DNA of 37,360 nucleotides from the IMG/VR virus record IMGVR_UViG_3300037851_000524, positions 1 to 37,360 of that record. The stretch is one strand, 5' to 3'. The stretch comes from a virus. Taxonomy: Duplodnaviria; Caudoviricetes. The position numbers and the translations under genes were made by a program. Below are positions 35,522 to 37,360 of the stretch, piece after piece; position 1 is the first letter of the stretch, and every line of letters starts with the position of its first letter. The notes under the pieces were generated by a model. It was not told the origin of the DNA, did not search any database, and worked only from the letters and a program-made list of their open reading frames with translations.

Positions 35522-36190
35522 TCACGCCGCCAAAAGAGGGCGGTGTTTACAGTACTCGACCACGAAATAGGTGGCCCGCATATTCTCAGGATAGAGCCGC
35601 CCACTACTCCCCCCTACCCGGTTAATTATGAGGCCGTGTTTTATCAATACGTTTATGGATGCCTCATAATCCCGATAGCCGAATGGTCGAGGAGTGAGGT
35701 CATTGCGGCTAAATGGATGCGGGTGACCGGTTCGCTGGCGACGGGCGACGGTATGAACGAACCGTCTAAAAATATCCTCGACCAGAAAATAAACCTCGTT
35801 GCGATTGCGGAGCCGGACACGCCAATAGTATTGGCCTCGAATTGACTCATCATAGCGGATAGTGCGGGTCTGGTAATCAGGCGGTGGTTCGTTATTGTAT
35901 CCACCGACTGACCAGCGAGTGAGCGATTGAAAGAGGCCGCCGGGTCGGGGTAGGGAATGACCGGCGGTGACGAAACCGAGTGAGACATCCGGGGCGGTGA
36001 CGATAGTTGGCATTTTGAAACCGACCAGGGCCGGGGCAGCGATAGCCGCCAGGCCGGGCCAGACCAGATCAAGGGGTTTATCACCATAATAGGCAATAGC
36101 CGCCGAGGTTGAATAGAATACAGCGGCGCACTTGCCGACATTCCCGATATAGCTGAGAATTGCATTTTTAGGTGACTTTCGTCTCCCCAT
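35522..36190 (-). CDS. Hypothetical membrane-anchored protein
   Basis: GGGAGA RBS before ATG 36190, two N-terminal hydrophobic segments. Confidence 0.65.
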   Translation of the reverse strand: MGRRKSPKNAILSYIGNVGKCAAVFYSTSAAIAYYGDKPLDLVWPGLAAIAAPALVGFKMPTIVTAPDVSLGFVTAGHSLPRPGGLFQSLTRWSVGGYNNEPPPDYQTRTIRYDESIRGQYYWRVRLRNRNEVYFLVEDIFRRFVHTVARRQRTGHPHPFSRNDLTPRPFGYRDYEASINVLIKHGLIINRVGGSSGRLYPENMRATYFVVEYCKHRPLLAA

Positions 36191-36251
36191 CTGTCTCCCC
36201 TGTGCTATAATATGCCTGCGGGTCCGGTCTCCCCGGCCCGCCGCCCAGCTG

Positions 36252-36437
36252 TCACGAGCCGGGCGTTTTTTCTTGCTGCAATCGCTCCACATCCTCACGC
36301 CGGATCACCCACCACCCGCCGCTAGTACGCTGTGCCGGCAACTTGCCGGAAACGCACCAGCGTTCAACGGTACGGACGGTAACATTTAATATTTCTGCGG
36401 CCTCGGATGTAGTTATCAGATTGTTTTGCTGTCGCAT
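36252..36437 (-). CDS. Excisionase-type (MerR/HTH_17) DNA-binding protein
   Basis: 'LITTSEAAEILNVTVRTVERWCVSGKLPAQRTSGGWWVIRREDVERL'. Confidence 0.88.
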   Translation of the reverse strand: MRQQNNLITTSEAAEILNVTVRTVERWCVSGKLPAQRTSGGWWVIRREDVERLQQEKTPGS

Positions 36438-36444
36438 ATCTGAC

Positions 36445-36473
36445 AGTTTAACACAAAAAAAGAGCGATGTCAA
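36445..36473 (-). promoter_or_regulatory. Sigma70 promoter, probably leaderless transcript of the HTH gene
   Basis: TTGACA-17 bp-TAAACT ending 7 nt before ATG 36437. Confidence 0.65.
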
Positions 36474-36588
36474 GATTGAATTTTGTCACCAAGCACCACC
36501 CCGCCGCCGTCTGGTAGGCCGGCTCTACATTATCGAGCCGGGCTACACCATTGCTCCGGTGATTATCACGAACGGCGGAGTGGGTATG

Positions 36589-37251
36589 CTATTCTGTCGT
36601 TTCCGGTTGGCTATGGCCTTCCAGAGCGGCCAGAGCTTTGACCGGATCACCGCCGGATTGGGCCAGGATTTCCCGACCTTGATCCTGGGTCAGCGCGTAC
36701 GCCTTGACCGATGACCAATACTCGGTCATTGCATCGCTGGCCTTTTTGCCATTACCGGGCAATGTCGGCTGTTGGACTTTTGCCGGCTTGACCTGTTTAG
36801 GCTGGCTGGCCTCTTTGATTTCCTCACCCGGCCCGGAGTCGGCGTCATCTTCATCGCCGGTGCTAATCAAAAACGTGTTGATAAGGAAATATTTCTCGCC
36901 GGTGGTATAGAGTTTGTTGAACGCCTTGTCTTGCCAGTCGGTGGCCTCATTCCAAAGTGATCGCTCAACTGACTCGCCGGTTTCACCATCGGCAATCGTA
37001 AAGACAAGCCGGCCTCTGATGCGAGTACCCCGGCTACCCCGTTGACTGGTAATCTCGGTAGCCTCATATTCGGGCATCTCGATCAATAGAGCTAGCTTGT
37101 GTTTTGCCATTGCCTGCCGGATAACCTGCTTGATGTCCTCGGAGGTAGCATAACTATATTTTTGGTCCTGGTTAACTCCGGCTTTTGGGACTCTGGTCAG
37201 GTCGCCCATTACGGCTGCCATTTTCTCATAAAGTTTAGCTTTTTCGCTCAC
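36589..37251 (-). CDS. ERF-superfamily single-strand annealing recombinase
   Basis: 'VPKAGVNQDQKYSYATSEDI', 'DKAFNKLYTTGEKYFLINTFLISTGDEDDAD'. Confidence 0.88.
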   Translation of the reverse strand: MSEKAKLYEKMAAVMGDLTRVPKAGVNQDQKYSYATSEDIKQVIRQAMAKHKLALLIEMPEYEATEITSQRGSRGTRIRGRLVFTIADGETGESVERSLWNEATDWQDKAFNKLYTTGEKYFLINTFLISTGDEDDADSGPGEEIKEASQPKQVKPAKVQQPTLPGNGKKASDAMTEYWSSVKAYALTQDQGREILAQSGGDPVKALAALEGHSQPETTE

Positions 37252-37360
37252 GCCTATTTTCTCCTATCATCTACGCTTAAGCGTGCCGCCCCTGGTCGTA
37301 TGCCTTGCGGCGGTCGCCCCCTTCGGGGTTACGGCTGGCCTCAGAGCGTGAAGGCCATTT

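Larger units (their letters stand above)
1..37360. mobile_element. Tailed bacteriophage/prophage genome segment (siphovirus-like morphogenesis module on +, early/accessory module on -)
   Basis: Canonical order head morphogenesis, protease, MCP, head-tail joining, HK97 gp10-like, tail terminator, tube, chaperones, TMP, tail tip, fibre. ERF recombinase and excisionase-like HTH on the opposite strand. No host housekeeping genes. No sheath gene seen. Confidence 0.95.

Noticed and set aside
1-37360. Stop-codon reassignment, tRNA or rRNA genes
   Set aside because: Genes are intact and tightly packed under code 11 using all three stops. No RNA gene was recognisable by eye.

Overview
The whole window looks like part of a tailed (siphovirus-like) bacteriophage or prophage genome read in standard code 11. 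The host may be Chloroflexota, inferred weakly from a YLP-type motif in the GH128 protein. The + strand (1-31.6 kb) is a late operon: Mu gpF-like head protein, ChaB-protease-scaffold fusion and major capsid protein, then a ~9 kb block of 7 glycosyltransferases, 2 SAM methyltransferases and a nucleotidyltransferase sitting between the capsid and head-tail genes. After that come head-tail joining genes, tail tube, chaperones, two tandem tape-measure genes, tail tip and fibre genes, and a secreted GH128-like hydrolase. The - strand (31.7-37.3 kb) carries a radical SAM enzyme, an excisionase-type HTH protein, an ERF-family recombinase, and a three-cassette integron-type array with two complete attC sites, one truncated attC, an attI-like end and no integrase in the window. 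Two candidate systems stand out. (1) A phage virion-glycosylation system: the GT block plus a strongly enriched T-G-[T/S] tripeptide in exterior structural proteins. (2) A phage-borne integron cassette array whose cassettes carry their own consensus promoters, palindromic operators and RHH-like regulators. All product calls come from motif recognition by eye, with no database searches.
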